NCBI GenBank assembly: GCA_965220935.1
Contig: OZ244857.1
Span: 2,330,931 to 2,394,930, forward strand
Reading direction: 5' to 3'
From: Rhodothermales bacterium
GTDB lineage: Bacteria > Bacteroidota > Rhodothermia > Rhodothermales > Bin80
Length of the DNA stretch: 64,000 bases
Part shown: one piece after another, positions 29,781 through 39,634 of the stretch
How the letters are laid out: every line of letters begins with the position of its first letter
Numbering within the stretch: the stretch's first letter is position 1
Position numbers and translations under genes: made by a program
The notes under the pieces: model-generated
Database searches by the model: none
Told to the model about the DNA's origin: nothing
Seen by the model: only the letters and a program-made list of their open reading frames with translations

Positions 29781-31106
29781 TTAAGGCCGAATGGCTCTGG
29801 GTTTGAGAGATGTTAATGACTCTATTCTAACTGGTTCACTGGTTTTTACACTTTCTCTGGCGGCTACACCAATGAGAATAGACATAGCTCCGTCACGAGT
29901 GCCTGCCATTTGACGGTAAGGGTCAGGGGTATCCTGACCTCTAAAGATGTGGTCCTTTAGTCTGATATCGCCTCCTCCATGGCCCCCACCACCATGCGGA
30001 ATCTGTATGAGTTCAGTTTTGCCAAAGTTGTCAGTCACACGAAGTTCATCAAACGGGTCATCCTCCCACGGCTGGCGTTCTTTTATCCATGCCTCAAGCC
30101 TACCTTCGGTTCCATTAAACGCAACTCGATATCCCTCATAGGGAGAATAAGTCGTACATGAATAACTCACCTGAACGCCATTGGCATACTTAATCTGGGC
30201 AGCCATCTTATCATAGATGTCAATGTCCTGACTCCAAACACATCCATCTCGCAGATAACCATCGTGGTGCTCATGAGCGACATACAGGTTCATGTAGAAA
30301 TTGTTTTGTGTAATATCCCAATGGTGCTCACATTTATCCGCATGAGGGCACCCTCTACAATTGGTATGCCGAAATTCGTTGTTATGACCATAATACTCTA
30401 AGTCTCCGTATGCAAAAACCTCCTCTGGTTCAGATTCTAACCACCAATTCAGTAAATCAAAATGATGGGTTGATTTGTGAACAAATAATGTTCCTCCAAA
30501 TCGCTCCTTACCGTGCCATCGTCGAAAATAGTCCGCGCCATGATATACATCTAAATACCAGTGAAAATCCACAGATGTGACATTGCCGATCCGATGATTC
30601 ATGAGCATTTCCTTCATGGCAACTCGGTGTGGTGAATAGCGGTAATTAAACGTCACGATCACGTTCTTTCGGGTAAGCGCCTGAGCATCAAGAATAGCCT
30701 GGCACTTTTCAGCATCTGTGGTCATGGGCTTTTCAGTGACGACATCACTTCCCAACTCCATAGCCCGAATGATATATTCATGATGAGTGGAGTCAACCGT
30801 GGTGACAATCACCAATTCTGGCTGAGTATCAATCATCATTTGATCAAAATCGGTATAGGTTGGACAAACGACACCGATATGATTTTTTACATATTCCAGT
30901 CGACCTGGATTAATATCACAGAGACCCACAAATTGAACTTCGTCTGAATAATCGTCAACTAAATCGTGCCCCCACATGCCTTGACCGCGCACTCCAGTAC
31001 CGACAAGTGCGATCTTCATTGGCTCACGACCACTGATCTTATCAGATCGTGTGAGCAATCCCCCTGCTGCGACTCCACCGACCTTGATAAAATTGCGACG
31101 ATTCAT
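29781..31106 (-). CDS. Gfo/Idh/MocA-family oxidoreductase with TAT signal
   Basis: 'MNRRNFIKVGGVAAGGLL' twin-arginine signal and Rossmann 'IALVGTGVRGQG'. 441 aa. Confidence 0.85.
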   Translation of the reverse strand: MNRRNFIKVGGVAAGGLLTRSDKISGREPMKIALVGTGVRGQGMWGHDLVDDYSDEVQFVGLCDINPGRLEYVKNHIGVVCPTYTDFDQMMIDTQPELVIVTTVDSTHHEYIIRAMELGSDVVTEKPMTTDAEKCQAILDAQALTRKNVIVTFNYRYSPHRVAMKEMLMNHRIGNVTSVDFHWYLDVYHGADYFRRWHGKERFGGTLFVHKSTHHFDLLNWWLESEPEEVFAYGDLEYYGHNNEFRHTNCRGCPHADKCEHHWDITQNNFYMNLYVAHEHHDGYLRDGCVWSQDIDIYDKMAAQIKYANGVQVSYSCTTYSPYEGYRVAFNGTEGRLEAWIKERQPWEDDPFDELRVTDNFGKTELIQIPHGGGGHGGGDIRLKDHIFRGQDTPDPYRQMAGTRDGAMSILIGVAARESVKTSEPVRIESLTSLKPRAIRP

Positions 31107-31124
31107 GTGAAATGAATTATTTTG

Positions 31125-32447
31125 TTATGGGGTGATTTCCCATCCTGGTTCATAATCTCGGCCCCACATTTTCATTGCATCCTCGTCATTGAGAATCCGA
31201 CCATTTTCAGGATTGCATTCCAGTGTGCGTCCTGTTTTTTGTGCGATATTCCCTAAGTGGCAAAGTAAGGTGGTTTTCTGACCTTCACTAATTGGAGAAT
31301 TTAGAGGGATCCCATCGCGAATGGCTTGAAGCATATTTGCGATATGGCGATCGGTTAGTCCACCGCCTCCCCGAATATCAAGGGTCGCCTCCCCAGAAAT
31401 ACTATTTCGCTTCCATATCTCCTTATTATCTTGATCGTAGACGATATATCCATTGCGATCAATGATTGCAGTCCCGTATTCACCATGGATAGAGGCTCCT
31501 CGATCGCGCCCCTCTACAAGGCGTGAATTACAGCTTCGACCATCCCATGTTATCGTCTTATCGCCTTCAAAATCATAGGATGCAATTTGTGTGTCATAAA
31601 ACTCCCAATCATCTTGAAAATGATAACGTCCACCCGAAGATTTGACTCTCATCGGGTAATCAACACCCAGCGCCCAGCGACATACATCAATCTCATGCGT
31701 TCCATTATTACAGATTTCTCCCGTACCCCAATGCCAGAACCAGTGCCAGTTGTAATGGATCCTATTATCCATGTAAGGCATTCTTGGGGCTGGGCCCTGC
31801 CATAAGTCATAGTTGAGCCATTCAGGGACTTGAGCGGGCTGACCTACACCAATTGAACCACGTTTATTTGCGTACCATGCCCGCGCATAATAGGCTCTTC
31901 CAATAATTCCTTGTTGGATGGCATCAATGATCTGAGCTGATTCCTGGGAAGATCGCTGTTGATTTCCCATTTGGACGACTAGATTGTGGCGCTGTTGAGA
32001 CTCAACAATCAACTCAGATTCGCGTGGATTATGGCTCGCTGGCTTTTCTACATAGACATGCTTTCCTGCCTGTAAAGCCATGATTGTAGCAGGCGTATGC
32101 CAATGATCTGGTGCAGCAATCACAAGAATATCAACATCGGGATTATCCAGCACTTCTCGAAAATCTCCTACCCCAACTGGAGTGATGTCTCCGTTGATTT
32201 CTCCAAGACCATTGATGGTCTTTGCAATTGCACGGTCATCCACATCGCAAATATGGGTCACCACACAGCCCTCCGCCCTCGCAAATGCGGATGCAAGTCC
32301 ACCGCCGCGGTTATGGACACCCATAACAGCAACTGTCAAGAGGTTACTTGGTGAGGCAAGCCCCCGAGTGGCACCAAGAAGTGTGGCCCCTGCAACACCA
32401 GCGGAGGCGGTTTTAATAAATGTTCTACGATTAGTCAGTTTTTTCAT
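31125..32447 (-). CDS. Gfo/Idh/MocA-family oxidoreductase with TAT signal
   Basis: 'NRRTFIKTASAGVAGATLLGA' twin-arginine signal, 'VAVMGVHNRGGG' and 'EKPASHN'. 440 aa. Confidence 0.85.
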   Translation of the reverse strand: MKKLTNRRTFIKTASAGVAGATLLGATRGLASPSNLLTVAVMGVHNRGGGLASAFARAEGCVVTHICDVDDRAIAKTINGLGEINGDITPVGVGDFREVLDNPDVDILVIAAPDHWHTPATIMALQAGKHVYVEKPASHNPRESELIVESQQRHNLVVQMGNQQRSSQESAQIIDAIQQGIIGRAYYARAWYANKRGSIGVGQPAQVPEWLNYDLWQGPAPRMPYMDNRIHYNWHWFWHWGTGEICNNGTHEIDVCRWALGVDYPMRVKSSGGRYHFQDDWEFYDTQIASYDFEGDKTITWDGRSCNSRLVEGRDRGASIHGEYGTAIIDRNGYIVYDQDNKEIWKRNSISGEATLDIRGGGGLTDRHIANMLQAIRDGIPLNSPISEGQKTTLLCHLGNIAQKTGRTLECNPENGRILNDEDAMKMWGRDYEPGWEITP

Positions 32448-32734
32448 GATTATAAAAATGTTGAATACTTTAATTTACGACTCTTCAATAAAAAAAGCAA
32501 CTACGCTATAAAATTGTGCATTTTGTAATAGATTAGTTGGCACTCCAGTGAGAAAGCCAAGGTATCTGAATATAAGAACTAAACCATGCAGAGCTATCTA
32601 TTGCTGACCATATGGGATTGCTCATGTGGCGTTCACCATGGCTATCATGGTGTTTCAAGCGTCAATTTCCACTGAGGCCTAGATCTCATAAATAGGGACT
32701 TGGTGGGAATTGCTGATTATTGGTTCTTACCTAT

Positions 32735-34813
32735 CCTGAATTCCCAACGTGGATATCGGATGACATAAATTCACTCAATGCGCCCCTAAAACTGGCTTAA
32801 TACGGTAGTTTATCCTTCTAAATGTCATTATATAATTATTTTTAGTTTGTATAATCACATAACCTATACAATTTATTTTCTCTTTATCGCTACACGCCAA
32901 AGGTGCTATTTTCTTTACATTGATCGATTTAAAGTCCGCAAAATAGGCTTTTTTATGAACTTTTGCTCCAATGGGTCCCCAAAATTTGTTTATTTAGTGA
33001 TTTGTCATCACTAATTCTAATTTATATCATGACAGATCTCGCTCCTCTTTTTATTGAACCCCAATGCCGGCGCCATAAATACTACGAAGTCCTACGTGCT
33101 GCATTCGTAGATCAAATTCCACTCAGAGAGATCGCCCAACGCTTTGGGTTTTCTCATGGGACCGTCCGAAACCTCTGCTCTGCGTTTCGTCAAAATCCTG
33201 ATCTGTCGGCCTTCTTTATTCCCGATGCACCTCCTCCAAAACCTGAGACACAAACCCCATTATTGACCGGGTTTCGAAACACGCGGGATACGCGGATTCT
33301 GGAACTACGTAATCATGACGGGCTTTCCGTCACAGAGATTTACCATATTCTCAAAAGCGAAGGCATCCAATATTGGATTAATTCTGCGCAAAGCTGGCGT
33401 GAAGAAGCTTCGCCGACGAACGCATCAACAGCGCATGGATACCGTGACGGTCATCAAGTCCCCTGCCGCAGACCATCGCAAGTTGGATCTCTCACCCGTG
33501 TCATTTACCACCGACTTCGGAGGCATTTTTCTCTTTGCTGCTGACCTCGCCCGCATGAAGATTGACCAGTTGTTAGAGGCCAGTCAGATGCCAGGGAGTC
33601 GCAAGATCCCTGCGGGCTGTGCTATACGTGCACTGCTGGCGCTTAAACTGTGGGGAGTTCGTAGGAACTCACATGTCATGGCCGATCCAGGTCTAGCGCT
33701 GTTTGCAGGACTCAATACGATGCCTAAGCGCAGTACACTCACCGAGTACTCCTGCAGGGTTCATCCAGAGTATATCCGCCATCTCATGGAACTCTGGCAT
33801 CCTGCTGCACGATCTTTGGGCGTCACGCTTGGCTCAGAAGATTCCTTTGATCTTGACTTTCATACCATCCCCTACCACGGCGATGACGCGCTCACCGAAA
33901 AACACTATATCTCAAAGCGGAGCCGAAGTCAGAAAGGGATCCTATCGCTTGTAGTCCGCGATGCAGAGGCACGCTTGTTTGTCTATGCTAATGCAAAGAT
34001 ACGTCGGAGCGACCGTGAAAAACAGATTCCAGAATTTATTGACTTTTGGCGCAATCAGACAGGTCAACTCCCGCGCGAACTCGTTTTTGACAGTACTTTT
34101 ACCACTTATAGTCAACTCCAATCGCTTACCGAACTCGGAATTCATTTTCTTACGATCAGAAGACGCTCTAAAAAACTCGTCAAAGCGCTTCTAAACACGC
34201 CATCAGACCAATGGAGAAAAATCCGCCTTACCAATGTTGGGCGCGCCTATCGAAATCCGCGAATCCTGGACTCAAAGATTCAACTCCGTGGGTATCAAGG
34301 TCCCCTGAGGCAAATGGCTATCATGGATCTCGGACACGATCAGCCAACACTCCTGATTACCAATCAGATGGAGACCGATCCCTCCACACTGATTGATCGT
34401 TATGCCAGACGTATGATCATTGAAAATACAATCGCCGATGCCATTGATTTTTTTCATTTAGATGCACTGAGCTCCAGCGTTCCTCTTAAAATTGAAGTGG
34501 ACCTCCAATTGACGCTGATGGCCAGCACGCTCTACCGCATCCTCGCAAGACGCATTGGCCAAGGCATAGAGAATGAAAAACCCCGCACAATCTTCCGAAA
34601 GTTCGTCCGCAATCGCGCCAATATTGAAATCTCTAAACACGAAATTGTCGTGACACTCACCAGACGCGCCAATAATCCATATCTGCTCTCAGCAAACTAT
34701 AATAATCTTACACAATCTATTCCGTGGCTCAATAATAAAAACATGAGAATTCAGTTTCAATGACCCGAAATTGTCATTCACATTACCCCGATATATTGTG
34801 TTGGGAATTCAGG
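32735..34813 (+). mobile_element. IS4-superfamily insertion sequence, IS1380-like (2079 bp)
   Basis: Terminal inverted repeats CCTGAATTCCCAAC at 32735-32748 and, as reverse complement, 34800-34813. The repeats extend imperfectly inward to ...ATATCGG. CTAT direct repeats at 32731-32734 and 34814-34817. The CC... ends and the 4-bp duplication fit IS1380-type elements. The family call is tentative. Confidence 0.7.
33029..34763 (+). pseudogene. DDE transposase (IS4 superfamily) split by one frameshift near 33360-33380
   Basis: The N-terminal HTH part (MTDLAPLF...LSVTEIYHILKSEGIQ) shifts frame into ...LILRKAGVKKLRRRT.... DDE region 'FDLDFHTIPYHG', 'ELVFDSTFTTY' and the Y-x2-R-x3-E motif 'RYARRMIIEN'. 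Confidence 0.7.
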
Positions 34814-35343
34814 CTATCAGGCCATACAGGTGGTGCGAATCCTCCTGCGTCAAAAAGGCGTGAATAAGTCTTGAACAACGATTCGTTCTATGCTCAGTTC
34901 CCAACGAAGATGACCTATACGCAGAAGTTAAAGGGGGCGACCCTACATGTACGCGTGACCTCAGATCCCGAAGCAGATCAGCGTAAAATCTACGAAGCAT
35001 TAACATTAATCCACTCCACTCTCACGAAAAACAACGAATGTCTGACAGAACAATAACTTAATACGGTGGTGGCCTAACTGGCTTTTTTTGAGGCAAAAGT
35101 CTATATTTTACGCGCTTTTAAGCAAATTAAATGTTAAAGATGGGTTAACAATAGAAAAGGCTTAAAACAAGTTTAACTTGTCTCAAAACCGATCTTTCGA
35201 TATTCTTTGACGGATGAGCGATTCCGAACTTGGAAATGTTATGAATCAACAATATGAGATGAACATGGGGGAGTGCCTTTTCCCGAATGAAGTTCGGATT
35301 GACATGACTTGATAGAAGATGTAGTGAACATAGACTTGGATGC

Positions 35344-36033
35344 TCAATGAATGATGTGTATGTTACCTCCTAAGCAGAGAGCTTCCCATTCATCCTTGTC
35401 AGGCCCTCCAGGCTTTTCAATCAAATATTCTCCTGCGTCACACCATGGAGACACATTTGGACATGGATTATCTATGTCCGGCTTACTTGTTTTGGAGCAA
35501 ACTGGAGGCTTATCCGTGGAGTTGAATACATCCCACACATAGCTGATCCCCCACCCCTGTGAGAGGATTGACAGTATATATGTGGATGAGAAACGATGAG
35601 AGTTATCACCTATTGACTCGTACATATCAATGAGCTTGTTCATTACACCAAGGTATGGAGTTCCATCATAATATCGGCTTGCCCCGGCATCAGTTATTGC
35701 CCACTCAGCAATCTGCCCCCTCCAACCAGATTCGGATATCCATACTTCAAAAAGATCCTCTACGAATGCATCCAAATCAGTTCTAGGTTGAGGTTCTAAC
35801 CCTTGTTGAATCACTGCAGTCAATAAGTCATACGTTTCATGTGTTTGTCCAAATTTATGCTTGATTCCCCATTCGTTACCCAGTTCCAAGAGTGCATGCA
35901 ATGATTCCTGGGCACTGGGAGCTCTCCATACCCCTTTTTCAAAAACCATGCCTCCTTGAGGATCTTGAGTGCTTGAGTTCTGTGCACTTGACTGTTTGGG
36001 TAAGAAAGTCATCTGGAGAAGAACAAACACCAT
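35344..36033 (-). CDS. secreted hypothetical protein
   Basis: 229-aa ORF. The N-terminus 'MVFVLLQMTFLPKQSSAQ' is signal-like. A better signal (MNTFF.FYSSPIICMVFVLLQ...) appears if the T7 run (A7 on + at 36060-36066) is shifted by 1 nt. Cys-rich C-terminus. Confidence 0.5.
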   Translation of the reverse strand: MVFVLLQMTFLPKQSSAQNSSTQDPQGGMVFEKGVWRAPSAQESLHALLELGNEWGIKHKFGQTHETYDLLTAVIQQGLEPQPRTDLDAFVEDLFEVWISESGWRGQIAEWAITDAGASRYYDGTPYLGVMNKLIDMYESIGDNSHRFSSTYILSILSQGWGISYVWDVFNSTDKPPVCSKTSKPDIDNPCPNVSPWCDAGEYLIEKPGGPDKDEWEALCLGGNIHIIH

Positions 36034-36096
36034 ACAGATGATCGGTGATGAATAAAAAGAAAAAAAGTGTTCATTTGTAATGATTGAGTAAGTGAG

Positions 36097-36906
36097 TTAA
36101 CAAGTTGTTGGAGCAGATGGATGAACGCCACCAATGCGTATGGCATATACCCAATTCTTAAAGTGATAAAAGAAGGGAGCCATTGAACGCGTTTGGCCTG
36201 CATAACTGCCAGCTTTAGAGAGCTTCTTATAGTATACCATCCATATACCAGTGGCATCTGTCAGTTCACTGTTAATTACTGACTTGCTACCTGTCAATTT
36301 TTCTAAATCAGTAAAAAACTTAGAAGTTGTTGCACTTTGTAAGCAATTATTATAACCCTCCTGATGTTTTTTTTCATGATCCATTATTTGATCTGATACG
36401 TCTTCCCAAATACTTGCAGTTCCGCACTGAGTATTGAAATACCAATAACTTACATAGGAACTTCTGAAAGATTTAGACTGGGGGCAAGCGGATTTTGCCT
36501 CTTGGGGAAGATCACTATAGCTGAATCGATATCTCGGGCGGGTTAATCGTCCAATCACTCTGGTGTCATAGTTTTTTGATATAACAATTTTACCAGCAAT
36601 TGAGGGTTGAATCTTTACATAGCCTCTTCCACTCCAAGGCCCTGTTCCAGAGCCCTCTATGGGATGGTTTATAGTCAAATGGTAAAAACCTCCTCTCCCA
36701 GGAGTAGCCAGATTCGCATATGTGATAGTAGCATCCAATGGAGCTGGAGCACGCCAGTTTCTACTGTTGACAGTGATTGTTTCTTTATGAGTCCAGGTGT
36801 CGGTTGACACTGATAGAGTGGCATCGTCGGTAGCCACACCTTCCCACGACCGACCGGTATGACTAGGCCCCCAGCTAGATGACCATTTAAAGACTAAATT
36901 TTTCAC
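36097..36906 (-). CDS. hypothetical protein with HExxH motif (possibly the 3' part of one larger frameshifted gene)
   Basis: GTG start overlaps the upstream ORF by 20 nt. 'MDHEKKHQEGY' (HExxH) at ~36364-36378. The beta-rich N-terminus appears continuous with the end of the upstream ORF. Confidence 0.45.
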   Translation of the reverse strand: MKNLVFKWSSSWGPSHTGRSWEGVATDDATLSVSTDTWTHKETITVNSRNWRAPAPLDATITYANLATPGRGGFYHLTINHPIEGSGTGPWSGRGYVKIQPSIAGKIVISKNYDTRVIGRLTRPRYRFSYSDLPQEAKSACPQSKSFRSSYVSYWYFNTQCGTASIWEDVSDQIMDHEKKHQEGYNNCLQSATTSKFFTDLEKLTGSKSVINSELTDATGIWMVYYKKLSKAGSYAGQTRSMAPFFYHFKNWVYAIRIGGVHPSAPTTC

Positions 36907-37603
36907 ATCCTCTCGAATCGCCCTCCAAAATGATCTGACATTTTACCAGATTGCCCCGAACAACCGACTTGGGGCAAGATACCGTAATCTCCAACGTGTC
37001 CTCCTCATCTTTATCCCCAGAATCACCGTTACCGCCGCCTCCGCTACCACCACAAGGTCTACCCCCTCTACTGCACTCGTGATCACCTCTCCCGCTCCCT
37101 CCACCACCTCCACCGCGAGGAACTAACACACAGGTAGTACGGGGATAGCCAATTAATTCACAGACAGAACCCATAGGGGGCTCAACTGCAACCAAGCAGC
37201 TTTCTTCATATTCAACACGAGTATAACATATTAAATCAAAGGTTTGTGTCTTTTGGCAAATCTGAAAACGCCTCAAAGCCATTGTTATCCTTATGGGCTG
37301 TTGATTTGGTTGATAGAAAAACCCATTCGTGAATACATACCCAATCGTGTATTCGGCAACCAGTATAGGTGTTTTTCCAAGATCTCCCACCAGCCACTGA
37401 TCCACATAATCTTTATACAGCGACGCATCTAAATCTGGACCTGCAAACTCAATTAAATGCATGGAACCTGGGATTACATTGCCTTTAGAGTCCACATCTG
37501 CAACCAGAATTCGCACCACTGGAACTTTGGTTGCCGATGGATTGAGGTCTGTTACATTTGGTCCGAGTAGTGTGGCGAAAAAATAGCCTGCACCCGTATC
37601 CAT
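36887..37603 (-). CDS. hypothetical protein with Gly-rich low-complexity linker
   Basis: 238 aa. 'PRGGGGGGSGRGDHECSRGGRPCGGSGGGGNGDSGDKDEED' linker followed by a beta-strand-like 'LEITVSCPKSVVRGNLVKCQIILEGD'. Confidence 0.45.
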   Translation of the reverse strand: MDTGAGYFFATLLGPNVTDLNPSATKVPVVRILVADVDSKGNVIPGSMHLIEFAGPDLDASLYKDYVDQWLVGDLGKTPILVAEYTIGYVFTNGFFYQPNQQPIRITMALRRFQICQKTQTFDLICYTRVEYEESCLVAVEPPMGSVCELIGYPRTTCVLVPRGGGGGGSGRGDHECSRGGRPCGGSGGGGNGDSGDKDEEDTLEITVSCPKSVVRGNLVKCQIILEGDSRGCEKFSL

Positions 37604-37917
37604 GTCTCTGCGTTGTCCCAGTCAGGAGGATACTGGTTAACCATCTCTTCCAGTGCAACTACAACCATGCTGTCACTCAAGGCCTCGGACACATGACTAC
37701 TATCATCTAGGATTTTGAATGCACCACTAGCAAGAGTACTCTGTTCTTTTTCAAGCGCGGCTTGATAAAATTCTTTCACTCTTTGAACTCGCTCAAAGGC
37801 CACTTCTTCTGAGATAGTTTCATCAATATGTGGCACGAATGAATGGTCGCATCCACCCAAGTATAAGACACTTGATAAGATCAACAAAGGTACCGTATAT
37901 CTATGCCAAACAATCAT
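37552..37917 (-). CDS. putative lipoprotein (possibly the 5' part of the same gene)
   Basis: ATG at 37917 gives 'MIVWHRYTVPLLILSSVLYLGGC' (lipobox LGGC). The ORF tail overlaps the next ORF by 52 nt. Confidence 0.45.
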   Translation of the reverse strand: MIVWHRYTVPLLILSSVLYLGGCDHSFVPHIDETISEEVAFERVQRVKEFYQAALEKEQSTLASGAFKILDDSSHVSEALSDSMVVVALEEMVNQYPPDWDNAETWIRVQAIFSPHYSDQM

Positions 37918-38546
37918 GACCGGCAAGTGTGGTGGTAAGCACAGTGTCGTAATATAGAAAATTAATACGAACTTTTCAAGCTTACCGTGATAAATGATGA
38001 TATGCTTGTTTGGTGAGCATGAAAGGGAGATTGCAATGTTTTGACTCATGAAAATTCACATATTATCATCTCCTTAAATGCAAAGATACATCGGTTTTAT
38101 CATGAATCGTGTCGGCCGAGAGGTTCAAGTTCCGGCAAAAGATGAGAATATAAACTCAGAAGTTTTCTATTTCCTGTATTCTCTACCGACGGTTTTGATC
38201 TCATGGAATTTTCATTCATGTTCTACGGTTTCACATTGGGCGATGGATAATAGAATGCGTGCAGAGTCTACATGTAAATCTCTATTGATCTATAGTCTCC
38301 TCTTTCATCGTATCAGACAATTGTGCCTGCCAAAAAATTCAAACCTTAAATGATGGTCTTTATATAATTGGAAAATAGTTTTATGAAAATCACATGCAAA
38401 CGCGTGAGAATCCGATCCTATTCCAAGACAAAGATTATAATTGTCAACATACGGAACACAGTTATCTATAACGATGTTCAATTCCGTCCTTGGAATCTAT
38501 AATTTTTCATAATAAATATCATTTTTGTCGCATTCAAAAGCGTCAA

Positions 38547-39323
38547 ATGTCATACGGAGCGATTATTGGAGATATTGTAGGGTCTGTTTATGAATGGAAC
38601 CCAATCAAAACGAAAGAATTTGAGTTATTCTCGCCTAAATGTAAATATACTGACGATTCAGTTTGTACCGTAGCTCTCGCAGATATATTACTCTCTGATA
38701 ACGTGGCATGCGCTAACCAAGTCTTGCGTCAATGGTGCCGCAAGCATCCCGATAGGGGCTACGGTGGATTTTTTAGGAAGTGGATTGACGACAACAATAT
38801 GGGCCCCTACGGTAGCTATGGAAATGGTGCAGCAATGAGAGTGTCACCTGTTGCTTATTTCAATAAAAACAACCCCCTTGAAATAGCCCTAATGACTTCA
38901 GACAAAGTCACTGAGATTACTCACAACCATGCAGAGGGAATCAAGGGAGCGAGAGCTACTACACATGCAATCTGGCTTGCCTTTCAGGGAGAAAAACCCT
39001 CATCCATTCGCATGATCATTGAGAATAGATATAACTACGATCTTTCCAGAACTGTTGATGAGATTCGCTCCCATTATGATTTTGATGTAACTTGTCAGAA
39101 AACGGTTCCCGAAGCGATTACATGTGCTCTTGAATCAACACATTTTGAGGATGCTATTCGCAATGCGATTTCACTGGGAGGGGATGCCGACACACAGGCT
39201 GCAATTGCTGGATCAATCGCGGAGGCGCTACACGATGTTCCTGATGATCTTATCAAAAAATCGAACCAATATCTCCCTAAAGATGTCATTGAAGTACTGG
39301 CCAGACTATACCATAAGACTTAG
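38547..39323 (+). CDS. ADP-ribosylglycohydrolase family protein
   Basis: 'GAIIGDIVGS', 'YTDDSVCTVALA', 'GNGAAMRVSPVA' and 'LGGDADTQAAIAGSIAEA' are ARH/DraG-family signatures. ATG at 38547 preferred. Confidence 0.85.
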   Translation: MSYGAIIGDIVGSVYEWNPIKTKEFELFSPKCKYTDDSVCTVALADILLSDNVACANQVLRQWCRKHPDRGYGGFFRKWIDDNNMGPYGSYGNGAAMRVSPVAYFNKNNPLEIALMTSDKVTEITHNHAEGIKGARATTHAIWLAFQGEKPSSIRMIIENRYNYDLSRTVDEIRSHYDFDVTCQKTVPEAITCALESTHFEDAIRNAISLGGDADTQAAIAGSIAEALHDVPDDLIKKSNQYLPKDVIEVLARLYHKT

Positions 39324-39634
39324 CGATTCAGTTTAAGCCTCTTTGAATATAACTCCTCAGATTCCGAAATCAAAGAGCCAGCCGTCATTAGAATGTTTAC
39401 GCCCATTTGCATACTTCGTAAATTCTGTCCACACCTAAATTGTAGATACATCAAGCGAATTATAGGCGATTTGTGTATTAGGAACCACTTGCAAAACTTC
39501 CTCAGTTGAGTGCAATCATTGCTCTATATGTATCTAATCTGGTATTTTCTCTGGCCAGAAAAGTGTTTCACGAGAGCGTGTTAGGTATTAAAAGGATGGG
39601 AGATAAGTCATCTTTCCCATTGTTGACTACTTAC

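Noticed and set aside
34871-35056. 61-aa ORF just outside the IS1380-like element
   Set aside because: It has no motif and no convincing start context, and it lies in the IS-flanking scar region. Coding status is unsupported.
36009-36257. 82-aa ORF overlapping the start of 35344-36033 and the end of 36097-36906
   Set aside because: Mostly out-of-frame overlap. Only its last 21 codons (MNTFF...) are interesting, as a possible frameshifted signal peptide of the downstream gene.
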